Assembly: GCA_021613535.1 (NCBI GenBank)
Contig: CP075496.1
Location: 6,820,001-6,884,000 of the forward strand
Direction of reading: 5' to 3'
Length of the DNA: 64,000 nt
Source: Adineta vaga
Taxonomy: Eukaryota; Animalia; Rotifera
Part shown: piece by piece, positions 1 to 13,418 of the stretch
How positions within the stretch are numbered: the first letter of the stretch is position 1
How the letters are laid out: each line of letters starts with the position of its first letter
Translations under genes and position numbers: made by a program
Notes under the pieces: model-generated
Told to the model about the DNA's origin: nothing
Database searches by the model: none
Seen by the model: the letters and a program-made list of their open reading frames with translations, nothing else

Positions 1-762
1 ATAACAATCTGCTCTCTTCTCTTTTGTTTTCTCTAATGATATCGATTGTTTTATGATTATTTTTATGTTTTTTTTTCTACATTATTCAGCAAAGAACATG
101 CTGAGGTGTCTTATCCATCCTCATATTGTATGTTTGTCTACATGTCAGTGTCGAGTTCCTTGTTATATGTGATATGATGGGTGACAGTTGATGACAGTTT
201 ATGATCGATTCGCTAGACAATATAACATCCATCTTGTCTAAATAACAAGCAGCCACACGAGCATTATACATATACATATACTATCATTTTTCTCATTTAG
301 TTAATCGATAAACAATAGTTGACGTTTTGTCATTAAGACGGAAATAACTTTTTCTAAATTAAATGAGATCTTGACTTTTATTTTAATACTTGAAAAAACC
401 TTTTATATTGTCAATTCAAATATACCTCATTATTTCTATTTTATAAACTAAGTAATAATAATAACTACCCAATAGATATGTTGTTCTTCACCAATGATGT
501 TCTTTTGGATTACATCATATTTATGTATATACACAAATATACCATAATCCAAAAGGTCACATCATGCTTTGGTTATAAGTGTAATTACAAAACAAATGTG
601 CATCTCTATTATGAGAACAGAGATATCTTAACAGAGGAATTACGTTAATAGACAAAGTAATGTTGAATATAAAAGTCGCATAATTGGCCTTTTCTTTTCT
701 TTGATATAAATCCTGGTCTCTCTCTCTCTCTCTCTTTTGTTTTGTTTCATAGATTCACTTAC

Positions 763-931
763 TTCGTTCGTTGTTATTTTTGTTGTTTGGTATTTGATTC
801 ACAAAAGGATCCCGGTCTTTATGTTGTTGATTTGTTACTTGAAAAGATGATAATGATGTTGATTGCTGGCGATGTTGTCGAAATCGTTTAAGAATAGACT
901 TTCGACTTTGTTGAACATCGTCTGTATCCAT
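763..931 (-). CDS. First coding exon of an unidentified gene continuing leftwards, probably beyond the window
   Basis: ATG at 931 opens 56 codons (MDTDDVQQSRKSILKRFRQHRQQSTS...NNNER) ending at a perfect GTAAGT donor (757-762). No homology recognised. Confidence 0.5.
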
Positions 932-2001
932 GTTCTCAAGATAATTTCTTTTTACACTATTTGAAGATAATCATATAAAAATTAGCGAAGAAGATTTCTT
1001 CTTTCTTTTTATTCGAAAGTGTGTGTCTTTAGGGAACCAAACCTAACTGCAAAACGAGCGTAATCGACACTAATGATTGTTGGCGTTTGTTTTCGCTTCA
1101 AGCAAACAACTTGATGTTTCAATGAATGTAATAAATGAGTAATAAAAACACATGTTTTATATAGATTTCTTTAATTAATTGAAAAATAAGACTATTTTAT
1201 GTATTCGATTGAAAACAAATATCCGTTTTGTTCTCAGGCAATATAATTATTCTGATACGCTGGATTGTCGATTGGAAAGAAAATTAAAGATCGAAACTTT
1301 TAATGAACAAATCGAAAATGACTAGGAGATGAGAAAGATTCACAATTACCGTTCTTTTTTCTCGTCGTTTTCTTCTTTGTCTCGCACAAAAGAAACGATA
1401 AAATTACTCCTTGTTTTCTTCTTTCTTCTTTTACTTTTTCTAGTCTTCTTGCACTATATTGTCTTCGTTAGCAGACAAGATCATCAATGAACGAATCGAA
1501 ACGACTTGCAAGAATAGTAAAAAGAGGCATGCTAAAAAGAATGAAGAACAAAAATATTGATGACGATGATATTAATAATGAAAGCAGAGAGAAAGAGCAA
1601 GCGAGAGAGAGAGAGAGGGAAAGAAGACAAGAAACAAAACTCATGTCAGTTACTTTCTTATTTTCAGATGACAATAATAGACACATTTCTATCGAATATA
1701 GCACTTTAGTTTTTGTGACCCTATATATATCAATAAGATACTTTTCCTGTTCACTTCTTTTTTTCTTATTATTACCATTCCCTATTACTCACGATTGTAA
1801 CAATGATGACAATAGCGTGATAGTAGGAAACTCATGTATCTTCACATGCATATAGATATATCTATATCTATATATACTTGTCTGAGTGCGTGTATATGTG
1901 TTTTATTCATTTAATATTCTAGGAACAATAAGCATAAAAAGAAGAGTTTAAAAAACGATGTACAAACATAATTCGGAATAATTAACGAGAAGGAAAAAAA
2001 A

Positions 2002-5000
2002 TCAGATCATAACTATTTTTTCACTAGATTGTTCACTAGTTCTTCGAGATTCTTTTTCTTCAAATTCTTCGTTGTCAACAATGTCTGATCCTTTTACTAT
2101 AACATCATAATAATGATATTTGTCATCACTTTCATCATCGTCATCATCTAATGTTGATTTAATACCATGTTCACCAATATGACATGTTACCAGTATAGTC
2201 GTGCCAATCCAAGTAATTGCTATAATAATAAGAGCAATCAAACCTAAATATTCATAGATCATTGAGCCAATCCAATCACCAGTTGCTGCTCCAAAATTAA
2301 CACAGGAAACGAATAAAGCAAAGAGAGTACCTTCAATATTTTTTGGACAAGATTTTGCTGCCAGATGAAGTAAAGCTAAATTTGTTATTTCGGAGCAAAA
2401 GCCTGTAAAAATGGCAACACATATCGATGTTACTTTATCGATTGCGAATAAATAAGATGCAATAGCAAACATTCGCATAACAATTGCAACACGAAGTACA
2501 CGTTTTGTTGGATAATGAGAAAATACTGATAGATAAAGTAAAGCAGATAGAATACCACAACCATTATAAAGTGTGTTCAATATTGAAACATAAAAGGGAG
2601 TGAATTGTAAAACATCTCGTTGATAATAAAATAACGCCGTTTTGATTTGTGGTGATGCAGAATAAACAAAAAGGAAACTAGTAATTATCCAAAATCGTTT
2701 ATATTTAAATATGGATGCTAAACTAGTCCATGTTTGAGCAAAATTATTTTTATTGAATTTTCGTCGCCGTTCACGTACTGTAATCAATGTGGCAAAAAAT
2801 AATATAATCGGACAAACAGAAGCAATTAAAAAAATGTATTTATTCGAATCGTTTAATTTGTTAGAATGAGTTTGTGTAAGATTCGTTGATATTGGATTAT
2901 TTTGATTGGAGACAGAATAAGAAGCGAGAATACCAGCTGGAATTTGTGAAACAGTTGCAGCAAGTTTAGCAGATGTTTGTTGAATAGCTTGCAGTGTACC
3001 GATTAAGGCTAATGGTCGACCAACTGAAATCATCAGTGCATCAACTAAACATAAAAGATTATCATACAGTGAGTTTTAAATATGATTTTAGGAAAAAATG
3101 TAAATAATCAAGAACGTTTTCAAAACTTTTTGTAGCGTTTAAAAAATTACAGTTAAATTCTCTTTTCTGATACTGTAGTGTATGCTTTACCATTGTAGTG
3201 AATACTACTGTGTTTTGAAATTAAATGATTATATAATATAGTTATAAAAATGTAATCATTGTACAGATAGAAGCATATGTAAGATATCTCGATCTATCAA
3301 CAAAGTGTTTCTCATAACACAATAATTGATTATCAATTAGATTCCTGCCTAAAAGCTATTGTTGCTAATATGCATCGTCCTATCCTATCAAGTATTATTA
3401 CTCATTACTAAACTAGAAGCAATTTATTCAAGACATCATTTACATTATCCAGATTAAATTTCGATTAAAAGAATCCTTGAATGACTTAGATATAATCCTT
3501 TATAATCAATAAAACTCACGAAACGAGAATTTTTTTTATTGTTATTCAATAGAACGATTTCTGATTAATACAAAGATATAATGAACAGATGTCAATCATT
3601 TGTTTTATTTTTATTGATGATACTATTATAGAATGATTTTGAAATAAATTTCTCTTACATAACTAAGTTTGATTTTCCTGCTCAAAATAGATGATAAAAT
3701 TTTGAATAATATCGCGTGCCATAGTATAAATGCGCCGCAAACATTCCTAAAGAACGTTTATTTTAATAATCTGTTCTATATTTGAGATAAAAATACATTG
3801 AATTCATTGAGCTATTAATTGATGAATAGTTAAAATGAATATTGCAAATAGTTATGCTACACACATGCATGTCTCGAAGATTTTTATGAAATTAAACGTG
3901 TAGTTTGCGTTTGCTTTTCTACAACCACAAGTAATAATAAATGCTAAGCTATTTATTCTCACATTATTTATAGAATTCTTTTTTAAGTAAGAGGCATCTG
4001 TGTTTAATAACATAAAAATAACGCATAGTGCACAAATCTATCTTTTAATTTGCACTCAGAAATAAAACAAAATCATTCCGAGTCTTAGCCATACGATCAT
4101 CCCTGTTTTCGACAGTACCATGATGCAATTCTACAAGTATGACTTCCAATTATAAATTTTCATATAGGGAAATATACGATATGCTTATTGAAGTATATCT
4201 GTTGTGAAAATAACATGGCAAAGAAAACACAGAACGCAAAAGAGTGCACTGAATGCACTTTACTGATATATTAGTTACGTTTGATCTCATCTATACTTAT
4301 CAGAAACATATATTCATTATAATTATTATCAGCTAAGTCAGAAATAATGCCGGAAATGTGAAACTAGGATGGGAAGATTTTTTTAAGACCATTTGTATTT
4401 ACATGGATCTATTCAAAAGAATTTGAATGGAGAAGAAGGAAAACGCCTTTCTACTCTCGTTTATCATTAATAAATCCACTATTTGTCTTATGAAAAGGAG
4501 TGGGGGAAAAAACAAAGATATTTTTTCCCTACTTAGAACATCATTAAATGCAAGTGAAAATGCTGCCAGAACACAAAAAATGATTAAATAATTGTATTCA
4601 ATTGGAGCAAAATAAAGTGCAATCCATGCAAATAAATTGATCATTGTCGTTATAAGAAGATAAATCAAACGATGATAACCACAGATCGGGACGAAATCAC
4701 TAAGCAGACCGTAGAGAGGTTTAATTGACCAACTAAATATATATAAAACGAAATAAAGAAACAAATCTGTTTTTTTACCCTTTGATTTACTTACGTAATT
4801 GTACATGAAAAGAAAAATGTTCCCATTTGAGATGGTGATAACTGAAGTCTATCTTTTAAGATTATTTGTAAAGGTAGGTTAACAAATCCTGATGCAATAT
4901 CGGTTACGCCTTGAATGAAATAAGCAAGTGCAAAATAACTAGCACTACATAGAAGCGAACGAGTGCAAATAACTTGGAGACATTTATTTGTTGCATAATC

Positions 5001-5063
5001 TTTACTGTTACTACTAGTTGATGTCGTCTGTTCGTCGACAGAAGTTGATGGCGTTGAAGACAT
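2002..5063 (-). CDS. Folate-biopterin transporter (BT1/FBT family, MFS), 3 coding exons
   Basis: Exons ~5063-4795, 4732-4533 and 3044-2002 join in frame. Motifs WSIKPLYGLLSDFVPICGYHR, AFNDVLIDALMI and LAAKSCPKNIEGTLFAL are typical of BT1 proteins; many TM helices. Confidence 0.88.
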
Positions 5064-6512
5064 TTCGATGGAACCAGCCGAATATTTATATATAATTGTA
5101 ATCTGAAAGTAAAGAGGGAAGTTTATTGTCTGGTATAGAAAAACTAAAAGATTCTAAATTCTGATAATTTTTCTCACGAAAAAAAAAAGAGAGAGAAAAG
5201 TAGATTCTATCTACTCTATTCTATTTCTCTTTTTCTATTCTACTGATTTATATGAATGTTTTTTTTTTCTCTTTCTTACACTTTAATCGAATGCAATGCG
5301 AAACGACATAGAAAAAAGAAACCTCACACGTCAAGATACGATGTATGCTTGCATAGAATGGATAACATTTTTCTTCTTTCCTTCTCTTCGTTCTGAATAG
5401 ACACATTAAAACCCTCCGTTACAGCCGAACTAGATAAGTTTGTTTTGCACTAGTTTATGACAGTAATGATTACTAATACTAAAGAAAAACAAATCAAAAT
5501 GAGCTATATGAAGCGTATCCCGACGTCAGTGGTTCACTATGTTGTCTTCATTATCTTTATGTATTACTATCGTCATTTTGTGAGGGGAGTGAAATTTGTC
5601 GAGCATGTCATATTCAAAAAATTTACTGATTATTTATCTTGAATATGAGAAATATTCATTTTAATTGATTTTCTAATGATAATTAAAATGCTAATAAAAA
5701 AATATCGAAAGTAAAACATGTCATAAACTTTTAAAGAATAATACTGAAAGTCACATAATGTATGAGTAAATATTCATGCAAATATTTAGTCTTTACATTG
5801 ATAAAATAAGATGAAGAATCCATACGTGAATAATTGGTAACGAGAGAAAGAAGTAAAAAAAAACCTATAAATAGCTTGAACTACTCAAGATCGTATCGAT
5901 GATCGTTAATAAAGTTCGTTCATCATTATCTGTACAAGTTCCATATGATGAAATACGTATAAATTTCTTTTGATTGAAGGTCATCAACTCCACTCTTTCA
6001 CTTCTTTCATGTCTATTTATATGTACGAAGCAGACGTCTATATCGACATAGTTTTGTTTCTAACAATAGAATACGTTAACAGATAGTATATTTGACCTTA
6101 TCATCGGATAAAATATTTTTTTATTCATAAAAAATATCAAGTCTTCATGCTGGTTTCGTCATCGTTATCTTACGTATTATAAAAAGAATAAAATATTATA
6201 TAATTCTTTATAAAAGTTCGTTCTTGAAATTATTTCAATCAAAATAAAATCTAAAAATATTTTGTTGACAAATTTCGTATGACCTCCTCCAACACTACGT
6301 TATATAACCTTCGAAAAAAAAATCTTACAAGCTACTATGAGAAGGAAGAAAAATTCTTATAATGATTCTTTATATTTTTGCATTGTAATGGTAATTTCTG
6401 TCATGTCATTATAATCTAAATAAAATTGTGTCGACAAAAACTTTTTTCAAAGAGTAAATCAAATGAAGCATGCTTTTTATAAGAAAACAAAATCAAAGAA
6501 AGAAAGAAAACA

Positions 6513-6980
6513 CTACTCGTCAGCTTCGTCAAATATCTGTTCGTCATGTGTTGTTCGCCGTGTTCTGCGACGTAAACGTTGTCCTCTTCGTCGAGCAGAT
6601 ATGAATGATTCTTGTTGTAAATACGATGATGATGAAGATGATGATGAAGGTGACATTGTTGGTGAAAGAAGTTGATGTGGATATTGTTTTGTTGCTCGAT
6701 TCGTATTCAAAATCTGTGTAAGACAACTTATATAATGAATAGCGAGACGAAGAGTAGCTATTTTGGATAAACGTTGATGATCATGTAGATTAGCTTTTGG
6801 AACAACACGACGTAGTTCATCGAATGCTTCATTCAATGCATGCATTCGATTTCGTTCACGTATTGTTGGCGGCGGTGGTGGTGGTACAGGCGGTGGCGGT
6901 AAAGATGAAATTATTGTTGATGAGTGTGTGTTTGATGTTGTTGGTGGAATAAAGGACCATGTTTCAACATTTTCATCCAT
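6513..6980 (-). CDS. bHLH transcription factor (atonal/twist superfamily), intronless
   Basis: [21 protein letters not shown]...[18 protein letters not shown] is a clear bHLH domain. First ATG at 6980. Confidence 0.88.
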   Translation of the reverse strand: MDENVETWSFIPPTTSNTHSSTIISSLPPPPVPPPPPPTIRERNRMHALNEAFDELRRVVPKANLHDHQRLSKIATLRLAIHYISCLTQILNTNRATKQYPHQLLSPTMSPSSSSSSSSYLQQESFISARRRGQRLRRRTRRTTHDEQIFDEADE

Positions 6981-7808
6981 CTTATATGGTCGATTTTCCA
7001 ATAAATAAGATCGATCATAGTAATAGAAAAAGAAAAGAAGGTTTTTTTTTTCTTCTTCGGATGTCTGTTTGATTGGATATCTAATTGATCGATAAAAACG
7101 CTGCTGATAAACAGATACTAAGATATATTCAATGCATTGAAAAATATTCGATGGTTAATTGTAGAATAAGCAGAAGAGAAAGAAAAAATAATGTTTGTTT
7201 TAGAACAATCAGATTGAATGATCTGGTCAATGAAGCAATACAAATACAGTCGATTATGTGAGAGAAAGAAGAAGAAGAAATCATGCTTTTCTTTCTGCTT
7301 CATTCAAGTGTAAGAATTGACTAAGATGAGATACTGAAAGTCATACTTTAGAATTTCAAGATGAGTGATACCAATCTATATTGTCTTTGTTATTGCCGTA
7401 TATTTCCTTTGAATCAGAAGTGTTTTTTTCCGACTTTCTAACATTTTTGTGAAGATTCCTATTTTCGCGTAGATTCTATGAAGAAACGACTAAAACTAAT
7501 ATTATCTTGGCACTATTTGTATTAGTAACTCCTCAATAATGGATTGAAAAATATAATCAGATAGATGTTAAAATCTGATTTTTTTAATATAATTTCTAAC
7601 ATACAAATGTGCATACAATTTTAATTTGAAGAGATTGTCTTCCCAAACATAAAAAATAGAAGAGATTTCTATAAAATCAAACAACAAGATACATTGTTTA
7701 ATCGAAATAAAATATGTTCTTCTCTACTAATAGTTTTCTTTTTCTTTGGAGAGAATTTATTTAAATAAATCTATTAAATGCACATCTAAATCTTTGCATG
7801 ATTATTCT

Positions 7809-8606
7809 TTATCGATGTACTACTGAATCAAATAAAGGTGCGTCAATAACAAGCACACCATCTTCCATCACTTGTGATGTAACATTGTATTTATCGATTC
7901 CATCTGGCAAACGAATACTTTGACTAAAATGTTTGCTGTCCTGTTTTTTTGTTCCCGATGAAGGTTTTTTTCTTCCTTGGACTAATAAATTATTATCAAG
8001 TAATCGAACAGTTAATTCATCAGGTTCGTATCCACGTGTATCAACTTTTAAGATTAACTTTTTTCCATTCGGTGCAAATGTTGGACGAAAATGTGATTGT
8101 AAAAAGTCGGCCATATTGAATGGTGTTGTCGAAAGTTTTGTTTTCTGACGATATTCAATATCACCTAAACTACTCGTTCGTTTTGGAACTGTTGATGGTC
8201 GTGGTCTTGTTGATTGATAATTCGAATTAAGAACATCAGCATGTGATGCCGAACGATTATAATCTGTTTTAATTGGTTTTGTTGGTTGATCGATTGCTTT
8301 CAATAATTCTTCGTGTGAACGTCGTATAGCATCATTATCTCGTAACATTGGTATATCAATTGTTAAAATACCTGTATTTCGTATGACAGAACGTATTTTA
8401 TCAGCATCAGCACCGATGGGTAAAGGAAATGTTTTCACTAATTCTTTACGAAAGAAATTGTCTGCTGCAAATTGATCAAGATGTAAAGCATGTACAAGTA
8501 ATGTATTATCACGTCGAAGTTTAACAGCGATTTCTCCACGAGAAAATTCTGAAACATCTACTTCAATACGAGTTGTTTCAGATGATGCTGAAGATAAGTT
8601 TTGCAT
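7809..8606 (-). CDS. Small heat shock protein with two alpha-crystallin domains
   Basis: Two HSP20-like domains: VDVSEFSRGEIAVKL...FPLPIGAD...GILTIDIP and VDTRGYEPDELTVRL...FSQSIRLPDGID...DGVLVIDAP. Confidence 0.85.
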   Translation of the reverse strand: MQNLSSASSETTRIEVDVSEFSRGEIAVKLRRDNTLLVHALHLDQFAADNFFRKELVKTFPLPIGADADKIRSVIRNTGILTIDIPMLRDNDAIRRSHEELLKAIDQPTKPIKTDYNRSASHADVLNSNYQSTRPRPSTVPKRTSSLGDIEYRQKTKLSTTPFNMADFLQSHFRPTFAPNGKKLILKVDTRGYEPDELTVRLLDNNLLVQGRKKPSSGTKKQDSKHFSQSIRLPDGIDKYNVTSQVMEDGVLVIDAPLFDSVVHR

Positions 8607-11600
8607 AATTATTCTAATAGAAAAACTATATCCTAAAATTGTAATAATAAAATCAATAAATATATGGATTTACAGATATCAAAAATTAATTTTTAATCAA
8701 CCATATTCTTGACTGAAGAACTCAAATAGTTCGCCAATATGCTTCTGTCTTATTCTAATGAAGTCTTCTTGAATGTAGAATGTAAACAATTTATCTTAGG
8801 AAATTGAGTTTATATAATCAGTTGCGATAGGAGATTCGAACGAAGAGAGACAGTGTGGGGTACGACGACGTAGTTATCTATTAATAATCTTTACAAAAAT
8901 ATGTTATGCATTATATTCTTCGAGAAATAGTTTAGACGAACTAGTCGAAAAAGAATAATATTTATCAACAGGCAGATGTCAAAGATTATTCTATGAAAAA
9001 CAATTTGATTTTCTCGATGATCATGTTGTGATGATTAAGTCTAGAAGTATAAGCTCAGTTGAATCTCAAACAACACATGACAATGAAGAGATTTATTTTT
9101 GAAAATTAGAGAAGAAAAATAGGGATTCATCGATTGCATGATCGTAAATAAAATCATGAAAGAATTACTTATCATATTTATCTTACACATATGAAAAAGA
9201 TCTTCGGGTTATTTCTGACTATGAAAATGAGGCAGCCATGTTGCTAACACTCTTTTGTACTCTAAAATATCTGAACATTTAAAATAGAGTCATACTCGTC
9301 AAAACAAATTCTATTTTTTTGTAAAAAAAAAAATTATTAGATCTTCTATAGCTTCCGGCAATTTCCGGAGAAAATCAAAGAAAAAAAAATCGAGACGGAA
9401 ACTTAATAATAATATTCTTTAAGAAATTGATAGGACATAAGAGAAAAAAAGAAGAAATTCTTAAGCATTGAATGATCTAATATGAACACAATTTGAATCA
9501 ATCAACAGGCAGATTAGAGATTGAAGAATTTAATCAAGTGTATGCACAAATGATGGACAAAGCTTTTATTTCGATTTTTCTCTATGATATTCGAGTATCT
9601 AGCAAAGAATGAAGAGAAAAGATGACATTTCAAGACTTTCAATATTAATCATAAAAGAAAATGACTATGATAGGAAAATTTCAGGTGTCAAATGACATGC
9701 CGAGGAAAAATTAGTTTGTTTTACATGCTATAATTTGACTTCTTTGAATAATCACACGCATTCAATCGAATGATTTGCGTGACTTTTTCGATAACTACTA
9801 GATTATTGCTAATATTAGTCGATGATTTCTTCTTTCCCTTGTTTTTTATACAATCAAGATAGCAATTTAACTTGATTATTGTCTTTATCCTGGATATGTG
9901 CTAACATATTCGAGGCATTTAATCAGATTTCGAATGAGAGAACACTAGCATAATTAGTGTATCTCTTTCATCAACAATGAAATCAAAGTCTTATTCCATC
10001 AAATCTCGCGGATAGATAAAAAGTAAGACAGATTTGTTTGTTTCTATAATATGAATAATGAAAAGATGTGCTAAAACTACAGGGAAAATGTTATGAATAA
10101 GTGAACTTCAATATATATAATTATCTGTTATAGATGAATAACAAAAAGAAGATTTAAACGTTGTTTTATGTATGTCTTTTTCGCTCAATGAGTACAAAAA
10201 GATGTTTGTTGGAAGAAAGAAAACGAATGATCTACAAAATTTATTAGAACGATAGTATTGGAGAAGTAAGAATATAAAAATAGATCTTCTTTTGTTTCTT
10301 TATCTTATTTCAATAAGATAGTAATCATTTCCTTTTATTAGTAACTTTGCAAATGTAAAGTATTCCTGAAAAACAAGTGTTGGAAATAGAATTACTCATT
10401 AACGTACCTGAATGCGTAAAGAAGATAATTGCTAATAACACAGCAGTTCGTTTATAAGCTTCGTTCTTATTCTTGTCTTCAAATATTATTTCAACAAAAC
10501 TAACTAGGAAATCGTCTTACTGTCGTTGGCTTTGTCGTTAAATCACTAATGAGTACTCTCTACGTCTAACTGTCTACCGGCATTCGACAAAATAACATGT
10601 TTTATTGGAAGAACGTACATGTACGTGTGAGTCTATGTGGTTTTTCTCTTTCTCATAGAGAGAAAAGAAAAGAAAAAACGGAGATGACTGTGACATTATT
10701 GCCGACTGACAAAAACCCGGTAATGATGAGCTGCAAAAAACGACGAAGAGAGAAAGAAAAAGAAAAAAAATGATGATTTTACTGAGTGGAAAAGAAATGT
10801 ATGCATGAAACTATTCTCATTTTTTTTTCATTGTCCTAAAGTATGAGTAGTGTCAAAGAATTACTTTCTCTTTTTGAATACTTTCTTACTATATAGTCAT
10901 GATCATTTTGACTGAATGTGTTTGTGTACTTTTGGCACTATTTGAATGTCATTGAACGAGAGCATTCAATTATTTTTAAATGAAGATACACATTCATTTA
11001 TATTTCAAGAAGAATGTGTATACATACATCTCGGGCTTCTAATGTTGTTCTTTATATGTATAGGTTTTGATAGAATGTCTAATCAAAGTCAATATTTAGC
11101 TTATCAGTTGGAGAAAAAAAAAGAAAACGAAGGAGACATGATTATTATTAATGGTACTTAGATACTTGTTGTTAACAGAATAAAATAATCATGGAGGAGA
11201 TAGAAAAAAAATAAGAACGACTCGTATTGATCAACTAATATGTATTTCATTTCGATAGAGGATATACGAGAGTTTTTTTATGAGAAGATTTTTCTCATTG
11301 AATCAAAATTCTTAAGGTAAAATTAAACGGAAATCAACCATTAGTTTTCTGATATAAGTTATGTAAGTGAAAGATAATGATTTCATGAGACATGAAACAT
11401 TTGAACTATAAATATCTATCTAATCATTATGTTTCCTTTCATTGATAATCGTCGATAATTTCTGGAAGATTAACCTGTGGATATACTTTCACTCGAAAAT
11501 TGATGATATACTATCAACACAGAAACTGGCACAGGTGTTTTCAAGGATTTATTTTGAATAAAACAGCATGATGTTAATTTGTATTCTATCTAGAACGTAC

Positions 11601-12213
11601 ACATATGAATGTATTAAATTTCTGTTGTCAATTCAAGTGTCTTTTCTTGTTTATTTTAGCTTGTAAATAGAACATCGATGAAGTAGCATAGTTTGTCGTT
11701 AATACAAAAACATCTTCATTGGATAAAACAAGTTAGATGGCACAAAATATAAAAATGGACGGATGTTTTTTTTCCAAGTTTTTGATTGTCATATCTCATG
11801 CTGTGTATTTATTCTATTAATTTTCTTTAAACATGCACAAGCCAATCAAAATGTCGAGTTGATTATGGAAATAAAATGAGATGGAAACTGTCAAGATTAT
11901 GCAGATATATTTATTATCATAAAATATTGTTCTTTTTAGTTTTATATTTGAAATCGATTTCGATGTATATATGCTATTAAAATAATCTATAGTTTATAAG
12001 AATAAGAGCGATGAACTTTGTTCGATTATCCGTGACGACGAACACAATCTATTAGAGTATTACAATCGATGAAATTGTTGATCTATCGACAATCGAGGAG
12101 AATAGAAGAAAGAATTATTTTAAGTGTTCTGACCATACATTTTATTATACATAGAAGAAATTCTAACAGACATATATATATATATATTTGACTTATTGAG
12201 ACATGAATTATTA

Positions 12214-12929
12214 TCAAAATTTACTCGATGATTTAGTTCGTACACGTAAATCTAATGGTTGATCATAATCGATTATATCTGCTTGGTTCGAGACTTTTTG
12301 TGTCGACTAAAAGATGAAAATTATTGCAAAACAAAAAGTATAATAAAATCATATGATTTCTTACGGATTGATCATTTTTTATTACTGTCGTCGTGATAGT
12401 AGATAATTGACTTGCAGATGGTGTTCGTTTTTTAATTGCTTTTCCTGAATGAAATCTCTGACTAGTATTTGAGAAAAACAAAATAGAAATTAATCTTTCT
12501 TCTTACCACGTTTACGAGTTATAACTGGTGAAAATGATGTTCGCTTTCGTGAACATAATAACTATAATCAAATAGATTTTACACAAAACATATATATATA
12601 TATACATATGAATATAATTACCGAGAAATTCTTTGAAAGATCATCTTTATGTATTCCATTTTCTGCTAATTTTCGTTGCATTTGTTCATTTGTTGTCTTA
12701 GATGATTGTTCTTGACGTTTTAACATTTGTCTTAATTGTACTAAAAATCACAATTTATATCGATTAAATATATTGATTTTCGAATTACTATAATATTCAT
12801 TGACTGGTATGAGACCAAGTCCATGGAGAAACTCTTTTATCTAAATAACAGAGAATATATTTTACATTGTAATTATTTGGTTCATTCTACTTCTTCAGGA
12901 TCAACACCAGGATTGAAATCAGTATCCAT
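12214..12929 (-). CDS. Orphan ~145-aa protein, 6 small exons, basic NLS-like patches and C-terminal PLDLR
   Basis: Not in the ORF track as a whole. Five GT-AG introns of typical size splice in phase to give MDTDFNPGVDPEEIKEFLHGLGLIPVNEYY...RKRTSFSPVITRKRGKAIKKR...DYDQPLDLRVRTKSSSKF. Confidence 0.65.
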
Positions 12930-13418
12930 TTATATCTGAAAATTTTCAAAACTATTTTATTATCTTTTCGCTCGATTTGTGATATATTTAGACTAAATGA
13001 TAAACTTTCCAAATAATGTTTATCAGTTAGGAATGCTCTTCTTTGACATAGTTCGAAGTAAGAAGAAACTGGATAGTGTTTTGTCGTAAAGAATATTTCT
13101 ATTTGATCTGAAAAGATAAGACATAGATAATAATTTAGTTTTGATCATAAAGAAAAACAACTGATTTTTATTTTTGTCTATTTTGCATAAGATCGTTGGA
13201 ATATAAGAATATTTCGAACTAAATAGTTCTGACAAAAGAAAATCAAAACAAACGATTATGAAAATCACATAAAATACCACAAAAAGAGATTCATATTTGT
13301 CACTATATCGTTACTTATAAATAAATATGTTTTGTTCGTTTGTCTTTTACTTGTTGTTTACTGTCAATTTTAATGTAAATGATAAATGACTAGATTTATC
13401 AGTCGAATAATCCAGAAA

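Noticed and set aside
1468-1855. ORFs 1468-1704 (-) and 1487-1855 (+)
   Set aside because: They derive from low-complexity GA/TC tracts in UTR or intergenic DNA and show no protein-like features.
8700-8930. Heat-shock elements upstream of the sHSP gene
   Set aside because: Only two-unit TTCnnGAA matches are present, which are expected by chance at this AT content.
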